DNA of 64,000 bases. Origin: Monocercomonoides exilis PA203. Its lineage: Eukaryota > Protista > Preaxostyla. Location of the stretch: contig LSRY02000047.1 in NCBI GenBank assembly GCA_001643675.2, positions 186,001-250,000 on the forward strand, written 5' to 3'. Below, piece by piece: positions 48,601 to 63,600 of this stretch. A program made the position numbers and the translations under genes. Under the pieces are notes generated by a model. That model saw only the letters and a list, made by a program, of their open reading frames with translations, had not been told where the DNA came from and ran no database searches. Every line of letters begins with the position of its first letter. The first letter of the stretch is position 1.

Positions 48601-51600
48601 TGCTGGTTTGAGCTATTACCTTCTCCGTTCTCTCCACTCTCTCTCCCATCCCCCGCTATCTCCTGCATCCGATCTTCCAACGACCGCCTTTCCTCAGCCA
48701 TCTTCATCCTCTGCTCATGCAGCTGCATACGGTGTGTGTGCATTCTGATGCGCTGCTGCATCATATTCGCATAGTGTCTGGCTAAATGGATGCGATCTTG
48801 TGTCAAGTTGATTAACCCCCTCTGGATGGATGACTGGATTTGGGAGAAGTCAGAGATGTTGGGTGGGGATGAAGAAGAAGAAGAAGAAGTATTTGAAGAA
48901 GTTGCTTGTGTGGAAGAAGAAGAAGAAGTTGATGTTGATGATGATGAAGTTTGTGAGTTTTCTATTCTTCCTCTTCCTCTCCCAGAGTCCATAAACATCG
49001 CATTTCGTGACGAATTCAAAGCAGAAGCAGAAGAAGAAGAAGTCATCTGCATTCTTCCTCTTGTGTTAGGCCACAGTGCTTCTCTAATTGGCAGTGAAAG
49101 AGACGGGAAAATGTTCAATTGACTGAGATAAGCTGGATAATTGCCCCATTTTGCTGCCTCTTGCATCTGCCGCTGGCAAAGAAGCACAAATTCAACCAGT
49201 GCAGACATCATTGGGAAGAGAGAAGGAGGCAGTTTGCCTGTTTTGTTGACAGAAGAAGAGGAATTTGAAGAAGAAGACGAATTTTGAGCTGATTTGTTTG
49301 TTTGAGGTGGGTTTTGGTCGAGAAAGTCGACGAGACGAGCGAAAAGCAGAGAAAGGAGTGTTCTTGTTTCTGAGATGTGGACAAGGAACGGGAAGAGTCT
49401 TGTGAGTGAGGGCTGAAGAGCAACCAGAGTGAGTTTCAAGGAGATTGGGGAAGGAAGAAGGAGAGAAGAAAATAGCTGGAGATGGAGGGCAGAAAGGGAG
49501 AACATCAGGGCAATCAGCAAGGAGGCGGTGCCTGTGGTTAAGAGGGATGGGTTATTATGAGGATTCAAAGAAGAAGAAGAAGAAGGAAATGCCTTAAACG
49601 TCGCAGTTGTCGTAGCAACCGCTGGGTTAGTATCGACATCTCTTTCAATCACCAGCCTCTGTCTGAACTGTTTTGTCTGCTTTTGAGCTGTTTTGACCTC
49701 AATGATCGACGTCAGAGAAGGAACAGAAGTGAAATCTGGCAATGAAATGGCATACGGCGCCATGCCGCAAAACTGCAGCGAAGACGACAAAGTTGTCAGA
49801 GAAACACTGAAAAACCGCTCAAAAGCGAAGAAACTCCACTCCGGAATGCATCTAACGATGGAGCTGAACACAGAGAGAGTGTTGGTGAATGTCTCACACA
49901 CAGCAGCTGGAGTGGCGATTGGCGTGAAAAGCGAGCGGAAGGCAGGAAGAGAAGACAAAGACGAGGCATACTCGATGCTCTGCTGCTTGTGTGTTTGGGT
50001 GATGAGGGTGCGGAGGTGGTGTGTGCAGTCGTCGATGAAGTAGATGAGGACAGGGAGAAGAGAAGGGGTGAAGAGGAGGTGGAGCACTGAAGGGTAGGAG
50101 GAGAATGTGGCAAGAGCAGTGGCTGTGATGCAGTGGGAGAGAGGGTTGGTGTTATTGTGGAAAGTGGAGAAAGGAATACTGGGAATATTCAAAGAAGAAG
50201 AAGAAGAAGAAGAATTCGATGATTCAGATGCAAATGAATTCGATGACGAATAACACAACGCAGCTGGAGTCAGCCTCACATTCCTCTCCATCAAACCCTG
50301 TGAGCAAAAAGCGAACGGTGGGATAACCACAATCGGTTTATTCAATGACAGCATCGGATGAAGCAGTGTTGGTCTTTCCCCCATCAGCTTCCCCATCGAC
50401 AGCGATGTGAGTGAAGCAGCACCCAAAATGGAGGTGATCTGCCGGGCAACGCGGAGGAAGATGTGGAGACGCTCTTCTGCTTTCATCTTCTCCCTCGTCC
50501 GCTCAATCCAAAACTGTTCTGACAGAATTGGTATATCCTTCTTGTTCCTGCTTCTTTTTCTTCCTTTCTCATACCTCTTCATCATCTCGTTCTTCGCATT
50601 CCTCCTCAAAAGCGCCATCGTTGCTCCCTTCGGTGCTAATGAATCCACTTTGCTCTGAAACTCCGCCATCATCCGCACAACCACACTCCCCACAATCCCT
50701 GTCATCCCCAGCCACCTCAGCAGCTGCTGCGCTTTCCGCAGCGAAAGAAGAGCCAAACCTGCTTTGACTGACAAGGGAGAGGCAGAAAGAAGAGGATCAA
50801 ATTGGCCAATGGGCGAAGTGCAGCCAGAGGAGGAAGGAGGAGCAAGAGGGAAGGATGGATAGTAGGCATCGGCAAGAGATTCTGAGGAGTAGGAGGAAGA
50901 AGAAGAAGCTGATGATGATGATGACAATGCAGATATAGCCATTTCCCCCTCTAATTCTCCTATTCCTCCAACATCATTTTCTTTCATTTCTTCTCTTCTC
51001 AGCTTCTTCTCAATCCCATCTCTCCTCTTCTTCCCAACTCTAAAAGCGCCTCCAAACACCGCCCCATCCGACGCGTCTGCTTTGCACATCTGGAAATGCC
51101 TCCACTCAGCCCCTTCGCTCTCAATCCACTGCAGCCCCACAGAAGACAAAGCAGCTGAATGCACAAGAGTCGCTACCCTTCTGCCTGTAACATCAACAGA
51201 CAATGAAAGACCCAATGAATCGATGTGGGGTGAGCTGAACACAGGAGGGGACGAGGCAAATGCAGGGAGTGTAACAGAAGGAGGAGTGAACATTGCAGCG
51301 GGCGCAAAAGAGGGAGAAAGAATAGGAAGAGGGGTAAGAGGATCAACTGTCTTGTAATACGGCTGGATTTCACGGGGAATTCTTTCTGCCTCTTCTTTCT
51401 CTTTCTCATCTCCCTCTTTGTCTTTGTCTTTGCCCTTTTCTTTGTTCTTTTTGTTAGTTTCGTCGTCCAATGGAGCAGCAAACGAGCACACAGCCCTGCC
51501 AACTGCGTTGGAAATGGCAGAAAGTGAGTGAGTGAAGCAGATATAAGCATTGGGGTGTATTGGAGGGAAAACAGGTTGATTCTGAGTGAGTGAGAGAGAG

Positions 51601-54600
51601 GAAGAGAATGAAGGAACAGAAAAAGAAGAAGAAGAAGAAGAGTTTTGTGAAGAATTTGATGAAGAATTGTTTGGATTCATTGCATCTTTGTCTTCCAGCA
51701 CGATTTCTGCTCTTCTGAGACGTGATTCTGTTTGAGAGCGGATGAAGAAAGGAACACTGAACGGATTTCGGCTGCTGCCTTTCTTCATTGCCTGGGAGAC
51801 AAGGGCGTTGAGTGTGGAGGAAGAGAGAGATGTCTGAGCAGAGGATATAGTGGAAGGAGAAGACAATGAAGAAGATGAAGAAGAAGAAGAAGATGATGAA
51901 CTATCATCTTTCTTGTCATTGACAACAACAAGTGTGATCGATTCGTCCTTTTGACTTGATCTGCCTTTCATTCCTTCTTCTTCTCTTTCCTTTTCCTCCT
52001 CTCCATCAACATTCGCACAGCCTCCTCTTCCTTCTTCTTCCTCCTCTTTCTTTTCTTCCTCTTCTCCATCATCCACAATAATGCTTCCTCCCCCCAGTAG
52101 CGTTGCCCATTTCCTCCCCATCACTGTTTCTGAATGATTCAAGCCACCAAAGGTTAAAATAGGAACATATGACAAATAAGACAGAGGAGTCACATTTCGC
52201 ATGTTTCCTAAGGGAAGAGTGGATAATGACTGCATTTTGTATGATTTGATAGAAGAATTCAAAGAAGAATTCAAAGAAGAAGATAAAGAGGAAAAAGAAT
52301 CTGACAATAAAAAGTCAGAAGAAGAAGAAGAAGAAGATAAAGAAGATAAAGCAGATAAAGAAGAAGAGTTATACTGTCTGCTATTCAATGCATACACCGG
52401 TACAAACTGCTCTCCAACGCCCACTTTCGCATAACCCCCCGCCGCAAACGTCCAAAGCGGCCTGACCATCCTGTTAATCGTCTCGTTCTCCTTCTTCGTC
52501 ATAATCTCAGTGAATCTGTCGCTGTCCACATGCAGATCGTAGTCTGTAGTGAACGGCGTGGTTTTGTCATTCACCACTTGCGCCTCCAAAAACGAGGCGG
52601 TGAAGAGAGAGTGTGGGAGAACAGGAGAAAGCTGAGAAAGGAGAGCGGTGGAGGAGGCAGCATATGTGTCGGGAGTGTGGTAGAAAGAGGAGAGGCTGCT
52701 GCGATTGTTGCGAATGTTGAAGCGCCGAAGCTTTCTGTTCAGACGGCGCAAGCGGCGGATTCGATCTGAAGAAGAAGAAGAAGAAACAGAAGAAGAGGAT
52801 AAAGTTGATGAAGATGAAGCAGATGAAGCTGAAGCTGAAGCAGAAGCAGAAGAAGGCGTCAGAATCGCAGAAGCAGTCGCTTTAGCTTCTATTTCGTTGC
52901 TCTCAACTCCATCCAAACTTTCGCTCAGCATCGAAAACGGAGAAAGAACCATCGCAGCTTTTTCCTTCATAATTTGCAGCGTTTCCTTTGCTGCTCTTTG
53001 GCTTTTGCTTCTTCTGCTCTCAACAAACTCATCATCTGAGTCAATAATATCATCATCATCCTCTTCTTCTTCCTCATCTTCCTCTTCTGAACTCCCTTCA
53101 CTCATCTTCTTCCTCTTTCCTTCCTTCTTCGCCACTTCCTCCTCAATCATCTGCGCCAGCAGCAAAAACTGATCGTTTTCATCTTCTTCGTCGAATTCTT
53201 CATCGTCAATGCCAAACTGCCCTTCTTCCTCTGCATCCAACCTCATATTCCTCCTCTGAAACTCTCTCTTCCCTTTTCCTTTTGCTCCTTTCCCTTTCCC
53301 TTTCATTCCTTTCCCTTGTTCCATCATCTCCTTCTCCTCCTTCAGCCTCTTCATCTCCATCTCATACTCCTCCGCCTCTTCGCCCGTTGGATCCAGCGCA
53401 TCGTCAATCTCTTCGTGTATCCAGTTTTCCACATCGCTCTCCTTCAAGTCATTGTTCTTCTGGTTCTCCAGCCCCCACATCGCTGCCTGCTCTTTGTTAT
53501 CGTTGTGCTTCAAAAGCGCATAATAACCTAACTCAAACGGAATCCCCAGCTCTTCCAGCTCCGTTGCCTCGGCCGTCCTCCGCTCCAGCATCTCGATCCG
53601 CTGCTTCTTCTTCTTCTCTCTCGCCGCCTTCAGCTGCTGCAGCGTGATGAATGGGTTGAAGAGGAAGGGATCTTGTCCGCAGTTCACTGAGATTGTGGCT
53701 GTGCCTGTGGAAGCAAGCGACACGTGAGGATACAAAACAGACTCATTCCGGGCAAAGGGAGTGGATGAGACGGGAGAAGAGAATTCAGACGATGAGGCTG
53801 AATTGTCTGAGAAGGAATAAGAAGAAGAAGAAGAAGAAGAAGAAGAGGAAAGGGAGGATGATGATGATGATGAATTTGATTGTTTCTGTGAGCTTCTCCT
53901 GGTTTTGAATGCACCAATTCCGATTGATGATACGAGGGAAGGCAAAGAAAGACCAGAAAGTTCGTTCATTTCCTGCATCCTTCTGTGAGTGTTTCTTCTT
54001 CTCGCCTCATTTGCCTTCTTCTTCTTCATCATCAGCAGCTTCTTTTTGCCATTTTCATTATCATCCTTCTTCTCTTCTTCTTTCTTCTCCTCCTCACCTT
54101 CCTCTTCACATTCATCTTCCTCTTCCTCTTCCTCTTCTTCCTCACTGCTGCTCTCCAACTCATCCTCCACCCCATTCCACCTAATCCTTTCATCCAATGC
54201 TGTGTAATGTGCCGGCGTGATGTTCGAATCATTCAGCGTCACCCAACTCGGCAGGCTCATTGAAGCACCTTTCACTTTCTCCCCATTCAATGTAAATTCC
54301 ACTTTTCTGCTCTTCTTCCTCACAAGACAGCCAACAACATCGCCTTTCCCGAAGCAAACACGCGATCCACACGATGAACCCAGAGAAGAGGAAGAGGAAG
54401 AGGAAGAAGAGGAGGAGTTTTGTGAAGAACTACTGCCATTTCCAGAATTTCCGCCCAGAATCGCAGAACCGCCTCCTCTTCCCGACAAAATCTTCACCTG
54501 TGCTTTATCATCAGACAGAACCCCCTTCGACGAAAACGTCTGCAGCGTCGTAAATCGATAAGTCATTGCAAACTTCCCTTCAGCCACTTTCTCTTCCTTC

Positions 54601-57600
54601 GAGTCCTTGTTGATCGTCCTCGCACACAGCCCAATCGCGCACTGCTCCAGCTTCCCTGTGCACTGCTCAATGGACAGCTCAAAGTAGAAGTTGTTTCCAT
54701 AGCGAGGAACAGGCAAATTCAACGGGAACATCAGCCCTTCTTTGCTCAGCTGCGACGTGGTGACTGTGCAGCGGCGGCAGGACGGCTGGTGGAAGTGAAC
54801 GGAAGGAGGGAAGAGGATGCTTGCGTTGAAGGAGGTTGGGGTGTATTGGATGATGTTGCGCGGGAGGAAAGAGAAAGGGGTAGAGGCAGTGGTGAGAAGG
54901 GCGCGGGAGAAGAATGGGTTGAAGGTATATTGGGATAAAGAAGAAGAAGAAGAAGATGATGAAGATGATGATGATGACAATGAAGAAGAAGGAGAAGAAG
55001 AAGACGATGAATCAAAACCAGGAAATGCTGTTTTTTCATCGTTTTCCAATCCAGTTATCGGTGCATCATCTTCATTTTCTTCATTTGCATTGTTCTTTTT
55101 GCTGTTGTCATCATCGCTTTTCTCCATCAACTTCAATGAAGACTGAGCATTTGCCATCAACGCCTGCTGTCTTTCTCTCTTTTGTATCATCCGGTCAACT
55201 TCCATCTGTTTTTCCTTCTCCACTGCATCCCAATCAACCTGCGCTGAAGCAAATGGATGAGGTGCTAAAGAAGAGGAGGAGTTTGGCAGCAAGGCAAACA
55301 AGCCAGAGGAAAGAGAAGAGAAGTAGAGAGGAGAGAAGAGATGGCAGAGGACGGAGAGAGGAAGAGAGCGAGATGAATGAGAATGGAAGAAAGAGGAAGA
55401 AGATGAAGATGAATCGCTTTCATTGATGGAAGAATAAAGTGAAGCAGGGAAAGAGGAAGAAGAAGGCGGGATAAGAGAAAGAGAAGGAGAAGGGGTGGAG
55501 CTTGTGAAGAATGATGTGATGGGTAGAAGAAGCTCCAGCACAAACGGAGTGACTGAGGCAGCAGAGATGGCCATTGGTGTGAAAGGTTTGCTGTTCAGAT
55601 AGGAAAGATTAGCATTCTTTGAAGAAGAAGCAGCAGAAGAAGCAGAAGCAGAAGAAGCAGAAGCAGAAGAAGAAGCAGAAGAATATTCAGAATGTGAAGA
55701 ACGAGAAGAATATTCCAACGGCACATGCCCGATGGACTCTGCAATCAGCTTCGTCTGCAGCAAATTCGGCAGCGAAGGTGTCTCAAAGCAAGCTGTGATC
55801 ACATCCAGCACAAACTCCACCACCCCTGCCCTCACAATGGACAGCTGTGCAGATGGCATTTCTGTTCTGGAGAGTGTTCCAATCTCAAACAGATGTGCTG
55901 TCAGTTCTCCTTGCTTTTTTGTGAGCCGCAGCTCTGCCGGCTTCAGCACCGCCGGGCAGAAGCCGAACCCGCTGCTCTCCAGCTCGTCCATGTCGTTCGT
56001 CGCCAGGCTCGACGTGTTGATCACTCCACTAATGCCTCTGATAGTCCCCTTCATCCGCCTTCCCTCGCGATGCAAGAGAGCAAAATGCCTCATTGATCGG
56101 TCGCGGGCTAAACGTGCATACATTCCTCTGGAGCGCACCCAGTCGAAGGAGCCATTCAGGAGGGAGTAGTGTGTCGTCTTGGCGAGTTTCTCTTCTTCTT
56201 CCAGGATTTGCTCTTCAGTTACGCTCATTGAGGAGTTGTGGATGAGCAGTTCAGTGGGGGAGAAGATGGAGAGGAGGGAGGTGATGAAGGAGGAGAGGAT
56301 GGAGGTGGATGTGAAGGATTCGGATATCAAAGCTTCTAAATCGGATTGCAATGAAGAAGAAGAAGAAGATGATGATGAAATCAAATTTGAACTCTTTTTA
56401 TTGAAATCTTTTCTTTTTCCTTTCATTCCCATTGAAAATCTATCTTCTCCTTCTTTCTCCTTCAGCATCTTTCTCTTCCTCTCCTTCTTCCTCTCATTCA
56501 CACAGCTGCTCTTCATCTTCCTCCACACGTCACACAAATCGTCTTTCTTCTCTTCTGCTGCCACAAACAGCTCAAACAGAGGGATGCAATAGAAAGCTGA
56601 ATGGAGCAGCGACACGCCAACTGACTGAATGCTCCAGGCAGTGTCTTCCAACAGAACTAAATCTCTTTCTTCTTCGCCTTCCTCTTCTTCTTCTTTTTCC
56701 TTATTTCGATCACTAACTTCACAACTGTTGCCTTTTTCGCTCTCTTTTCCACCATTTATCTCATTTATTCTTTCTCTCTCCTTCTTCTTCCTTTTCTCCT
56801 CCAATATCCTCCTCCAATCCTCTGCCTGGTCTTTTTTCTCCATAAACAGCGCAAACAGCGCCTTCAGCCTCCTCAGCAATGCCAAGTAGATCGAATACAA
56901 AGCATCGCCACTCAAAAACGTGAAGGAGCAGCTGAATATTCTTGTTGCAACTCTTGTCGCACTCAGCACCTCCACTGCCGACGACTCATCTATCGGCTGC
57001 TTTTTCTGCTTCTCTTTCTCTTTCTCCTTCTCTTTCTCTCCATCCTTTTGCTCATCTTCAATGGCTTCTTCAGTTGATGCGTGCAAAGATTCCATGTTGT
57101 ATAAGCGTGGTTGTATTCCCTTGTGAAGATAACCTCTGCTGGTGGCAGCAAATGGCAAGCGAAGCACAGTGACTAACAATGAAGACTCAGAATATGTGAT
57201 CCCTGAATGGAAAGGAAGGGTTGTGACAATTGTGGGTTGAGCGGAAGAGGATTGGGAAGAAGAGGAAGAGGAGGAAGAAGAAGAAGAAGAAGAAGACGAA
57301 GAAGAAGATGATGAATCACTTCCTTGCCCCTTCGCAGGTGCCGAAAACAGCAACGACGGGCGATAGAATCTGAAGTGGCGAACAATCTGCGGGTGTTGAA
57401 AAGGAATGAGACGAGACGAGAGCGAAAGCGAAGGCAGGAACAGCTGCTCAAACAGTGTCTGCTTCTTCAGCTTCGCCTGGTTTTTGCTCTGCTCGCTGTT
57501 TTCTGCCTTTGATGGCTGTGGTGTTTGGGAAATTGCTTCAGCTTTCTCAATGGAATAGTCGAAATATGTGTGGAGCACTTGATCGGGTGGGACTGTGCCG

Positions 57601-60600
57601 TTTCTCATTCTCTCTCTGATCGTCATCGTTGTCAATGAAGAAGAAGAAGATAAGGAGGAGGAGGAGAAAGAAGAAGAAGAAGATGATGATGATGAACAAT
57701 TCCAATTTGTCAATTCATTTGAACTCATATTAGCATTTCCATTTGTCATTCCATTCAAATTCCCATCAAAATTCGTGTTTTGTCTGCACCTCACTCCACT
57801 TTCAACAACCACACACGGAAACATCAGCGTCTCTGTTGTCATCAGCAGCTCCTCACACGCCTCTCTGCCGCCTTCCAGCAGAACAATCGCATTGTTCCTC
57901 TTCAGACAGCGAATGAGGTATTGAACAGCGTCACTTCCCAAACTGAATCGGTTGGTTAAAAAGCTTTCCACTGCTGCTTTTCGGCTCTTCAGGAGATCTG
58001 GGTCGTGCAGAAGGAGAACAGAATAGTAGGTGGTTCCTGTTGAAGGCGGAAGCGGCGGCAAATTCTTTCTCTCTTCCAGTTCGCGTGCTATCGCTTCTTT
58101 TCTTTGCCTTTCTCGCTCTTTCTCTCTCTCTTCTCTCCTTCTCTTCCGCTCTCTTTCCTTCTCTTCCTCTGCCTCCGCGTCAATTTCCTTCCCTTTCCCA
58201 TCGCCTTCCTCCGCTTTCCTATTCATTTCCTCCTCCTCCCTCTTCTTCCTCTGCTCCTCCAGCCTGCTCCTCCTCCTCGCCTCCCTCAGCTCCTGCGCCT
58301 TCTGCTGCCTCTTCCTCTCTCTGTCTGCCCTCGCCTCTTCCAAGCTGATGGCAATGGCTGCTGCTAAATCTGGATCTGCAGTCGGATCTATGCCCATAGC
58401 ATACAATATGGCATCAGAGTCGGAAGCATCGTCAGCTCCAAACTCAGAAATAAGCATCGCCTCCAGAAGAGACTCGAACTCTTCGTTCTCTTTCTCGGTA
58501 AAGATCGCTTCTTCTTCTTCCTCTTCTTCTTCATCGTTTTCTCCATCATCTTCTCCTTCTCCTTCTTCATTGCTATCATCATTGTCCTCATCAAAATCAC
58601 TGCTCCAATTGGAATCATCAGCTTTTTCATCCTCTTTGTTTTGTTCTGTTCCATTTCTTTTATTTTCTTTGTCACTTCCTCCTTTCTTCATCTTCTTCAT
58701 TCTCCTTCTCTTTTTCTTCCCTTCACTTCCTTCTTTTCCTTCTCCTCTTGCTTCTTCTCCATCTTTCAAGCCTGATGAATGCTTTCGTGGATGAGGAGAT
58801 GATTGTGAGTGAGGTTGAAGGCCCAGCCACTTTCTAACAAGAGCAGGATGTGGATGTTTGCTAATCTCTTCATCCAGTTCGGGAGAAAGAAGGAAGGAAG
58901 AAGAAGAAGAAGAAGATGATGATGATGAAATCGAGAAAGAAGAATAAGAGGAAGAATAAGAGGAAGAGGAAGAGGAAGAATCAGCAGAAGCAGAAGCAGT
59001 TGCATTTGCATTTGTCCCATTTACTTGTTCTTCTTCATCTTCCGCAGCTGGCTTCACAAAATAATTCCGAGTTGAAGAAGCAAGCGGAAACGGAACTTTA
59101 TCCTTTTCAGTGGGGAGAGAAAGAGGATGAGGGAGATGGAAAGAAGAAGGGTTTTGTTTGGGGGAAGTGGCTAAGGAAATCATGGTGAGGAGAAGGCGCT
59201 GGATTAAGGAATAGGCAACGATCTGCTCAGGGAAGAGAGGAGAGGAAGAGGAATTTGATGAAGAAGAAGAAGAAGAAGTTGATGAAGATGATGATGAAGA
59301 TAAAGAAAATGATGATGAAATCTCTTTCCCCGTTTCCTTTTGTTCCAATTGAGTTTCATTTCCTTTCTCCTCCTCCTCCTCTTCTTCTTCTTTATCACCA
59401 CTGAACCAACTGTACTGCTCCTTCATCCATTTTCTCTCGCTTTCACTCAAATCTGCATGCAAAAACGAATAGCTAACAACTTTATTCACCACAGAAATAG
59501 CTGAATGCGGATTGTCCAATGGATAATTGCTGGGAAGAGAGGAAGGATGGAAGATGTGCGGGGGAAGAGGGACGGGATCGATGGAGCAGCTCTGAGGGTT
59601 GTAGATGGAGGAAGAAGGGAGAAGACATGAAGAAGAAGAAGAAGAAGAAGATGATGATGATGAGATTAATGTTGAATTATTTGAATGAGTTTGTTTATTT
59701 TCCATTGAGTTCTCTTTCATTGAGCACACTCCTTCACTTTCACATTTCTCCTTCTCCTTCTCCTTCTCTTTCTTTCTCTCTCTCTCTCCTTCTCTCCTCT
59801 CCACAAACACATCCGCATCCGGCTCACACGCCAGCATATACTCAACCAACGAGTGGATTGTGTGTATCACCACAATCGTCAACGAAACAGGCACAAACTT
59901 GAACTGCCTCAGAAGCAGATCCAACAGAGAAGCCACAGGAACAAGATGCCTCAAGGGGAGATGGGGGAGCAAAGAGCGATGGACAGAAAAAGTGGAAGAG
60001 GAAGCGACGGAGCCAGAGGTCTTGCCAATGACGATGGAAAGAGCAGGGCTCATGGAAGGAGTGGTGATGTGGTGATTTGGAGTGGATGGGCTGAAGGAAG
60101 AAGGGTTGTATGCCTTGTATGTGGTGAGTGAGGTGCGGAGAGAGAAGTCGAAGGAGGAAGAGGAGGAAGAGGAAGAAGGAGAGGTGAAAGGGAAGGAGCA
60201 GGCGGAGGAGGAAGCGGAGGTTGCTTCGGTTGAATAAAGAGAAGAAGAAGCTAAAGAAGATGCAGAAGAAGAAGAAGAAGAAGAAGCAGATTCTGCTGAA
60301 GTATTCAACTTCTTCCTCACCACAATGCCCTCAGGCGCTGTAGCTCTCAAAGAATCATATCTCACTTTCAGTTCATCTTTATTCAATGCATTCACCTTTC
60401 TCTTCCTGTCCACTTTCTTCAGCTCTTTCAAATCGTGTTCGGCTTCTGCGTATTTGTTGATGAAGAGGGCGAAGGCGGAGAGGACGTGGTGAAGGTGGAG
60501 GGTGGAGCACTGCCAGGCAAGCGTGTTTTCAGAGACGGAGGGGGAGAGGGGGAAAAGAGGGGAGAAGGAGAGGAGAGAAGAGGAAGAAGAAGAAATATCT

Positions 60601-63600
60601 TTGTTAACATTCTTAAGCATCGCATTCACATTTGCAAATGGCTTTCTATCGATCACAGCCCCAGCACGCGACAAGAGCGAGTTGCTGTATGAAGACAGCA
60701 CCTGAACAACATAATGGATGAAGTGAATGGGAGAAGAGGAAGAAGGGGTGCAGCCGAAGATGGCGTGCTCGGCATTCTCCGAAGGCTGAAGAAGGGCAGA
60801 GGCGATGTGGGAGCGGGGGAGGAGCGGAGAGAAAAGAGGGGAAGAGGAAATGGAGGGGAGGTGGTTGTTGTTGTTGTGAGAGGAAGAAGAAGAAGAAGAG
60901 AATGAAGAAGAATTTGAAATGGAAGAAGAAGAAGAAGAAGAAGCAGAATCAGAAGAATAACTATCTTTACTCATCTCATTCTTTTTCTCCTCAATTGCAT
61001 TCAAACATTGAGAAAGAGGACCTACATAAGATATTTGCGAGTAAGGAGTGGCCGTGAAGAAAGAGCGATGGCCCAGTTGAACTGAAATGCGAGAGAACAA
61101 AGTGGTAGCGAGGGAAAGGGCATATACAGAATATAAAGAGTAGTTGCGAAGAGAAGAGGAAGAGGAAGAGGAAGAAGAGGAAGAAGAAGAGGAAAGAGAA
61201 GAAGAATTTGCAATCTTCACATCTTCTCTGTTTCTTCCTTCTTCTTCAATCATTATTCTTTCTCTTTCTCTCTCCTTCTCTCTTTCTCTTTCCATCACCA
61301 CATTCCTCAGCCCACAAATCGAGTCAAACACACACCGCTCTGCCAGAAACTCCACCTGCGCCTTTGAAGCAGGCACAAACAAAGAAGTCTCAAAAACATC
61401 GCTTTCTTCTGCTTTCTTCTGCAATTCGGCTATTTCTGAGGGAGAAAACGGATGATATTGGATTGAGAGCGATGGGAAGGGAGAGGAGGAAGAAGAAGAA
61501 GAAGAAGATGAAGATGAAGATGAAGATGATGATGGTGTTTGTGGTTGGTTTTCTCCTTCTTTGGAATCTTTGTCTGTTTCTTTTGGTTTGTTTTCGTCAG
61601 ATTTGCTGGTAGAAGAGGAAGAAGAAGATGACGATCGTTCTTTCTCTTTGCTTTCTTTCTCTTTCGCTTCTTTTTCTCCATCTGAAGAAGAAGAAGAAGA
61701 AGAAGAATTCGATCCATCTTTTGATGATTCTGTTGGAGCAAACGAGACTTTAGCCGGAAGCATTCCAGACAATGCAAATTCAGGACAAACAGCAGGAAAG
61801 AGAGAAGATAGTAAGTTGTATAAGGGAGATTGGGATATTAATCGAGGTGTTGGCTTGTGAGGGGAAGAAAGGGAGGATGAAGAAGAGGAAGAAGAGGAAG
61901 AAGAGGAAGAAGAGGAAGAAGATGATGATGAAGATGAAGAATCAGAGGAAGAAGAAGATATAGAAGAAGTTTTTGATGTCAGAGATTCTATTTCTTTTTC
62001 TTTTAGCGTATTTTTAATTGAAGAAGAAGAAGTTGCTCTTTTTCCTTTGATTTTCTGTTTAAGCGCATCAAATGAATTGGAAGTCCAGACATTGCAGTTG
62101 TTCAGTGCTTTTTTAATATCTGAAGCAGTTATCAAAGAATCGCTTAATATTTCTTCTTCTTTTCCTTCTTCTTTTCCTTCTGTTTTCTCTTCTCCTTCTC
62201 CTTCCTCTTCTTTCTCTTTCTCTTCTTCTTCTTTTTCTTCTTCCTCTTCTTCTTCACACTCCTCATCAAACACCAGAAACTTGTCCATATCCACATGTAT
62301 CTCGTTATTCGCTGCTTTCTTCAATGGCATCAGCGATCCAAACATTTCTTCAAATTTTGGCAAAGAATCAAGATAAACCTCAGATTTTGCTGAATTTCTT
62401 TCGAAAAACGGATCTTTTTGTGGATTTAATTGGTTTTCTGAAATGTCAGGCGCAAGTTTAACCTCAGGTTTTTCATCAGAAATTGCTAATTTTTCTGTTT
62501 CTTGGTTTAAATTGAGTTTCTCTTTTTCTTCTTTTTCTTTTTCTTCTTCTTTTTCCTCTGTTTTTTCTTCTCTTTCTTCTTCTTCTCCTTCTTTCTCTCC
62601 ATCCCACCCCATCAACCCTCCCCTTCTCCTCTTTTCCCCCTCAAACCTCTCTCTTCTCCTTCTCTTCATCACAAACGAAGCAAAACCTCTGGTTGCCATT
62701 TCAACCAGCACTTCATCATACAAAGAAGCGCTTTCGGCAAAGAACGTGGTCAGAGAAGGAGGGTAAAGAGAGCGATAGACTGAGTCCAGAAGGACGGGGA
62801 CTTCCGGATTGGAGGAAGAGGAGGAAGGGGAAGAGGAAGAAGAAGAGAAGGAAGATGACGAAGCCGATGAAGTTGATGAAGCTGATGTAATGTCGGTGGA
62901 AAAGGAAGAAGAGGAAGAAGAAGATGATAATTTTGAGTTCTTTTCATCAACATAATGCTCTTCTGGACAATAAGAGCTTTGCATAATTGGATCAAATGAA
63001 CCAATTTCTTTGAAGCAGCGCTTTATACTTAATTTTCTCTGCTTCCCATCAGAATCTATAAGATTTTCATCATTGTCATCATCTTCTTCTCTATCTCTTT
63101 CCATATGTTCTCCCACTCTTTTCGTCAGCCCAAACGCATCTTCTCTTCTTGTTCTGCTGACAGCATCACGAATAATCGCGCCAAATCCATCTGGAGTGGC
63201 AAAATTGACTGGCTTTGGGTCATTTATGCGAGATAGGAGATGGAGAAGAGGATGATAGCTGAAGCAGGATATAACTGTGGAAGAAGAAGAAGAATAAGGA
63301 GAAGAGGAGGAGAAGGAGGTTGATTCATTAATGTGATTATCATAATCACAATTATCTGCATTTACAGATAACTGTACAGAATTTTCTTCAGAACTATTCA
63401 ATTTCTCCTTCTCTTTCTCTTTCTCTTCACATCCCTTCTTCTTCTTCTTCTCCTCCTTTTCCTCCTCCTCCTTCTTCTTTTTCATTGTCATCACAGCCAC
63501 AGGCGATGGAAATCTTGCAATGTCTTCGCAAACACACAGCATCGAAACAATCTGCTCGTGTGTCGTTCTTTGCAGCACCCCCAGCGCAATCACACTGCAA

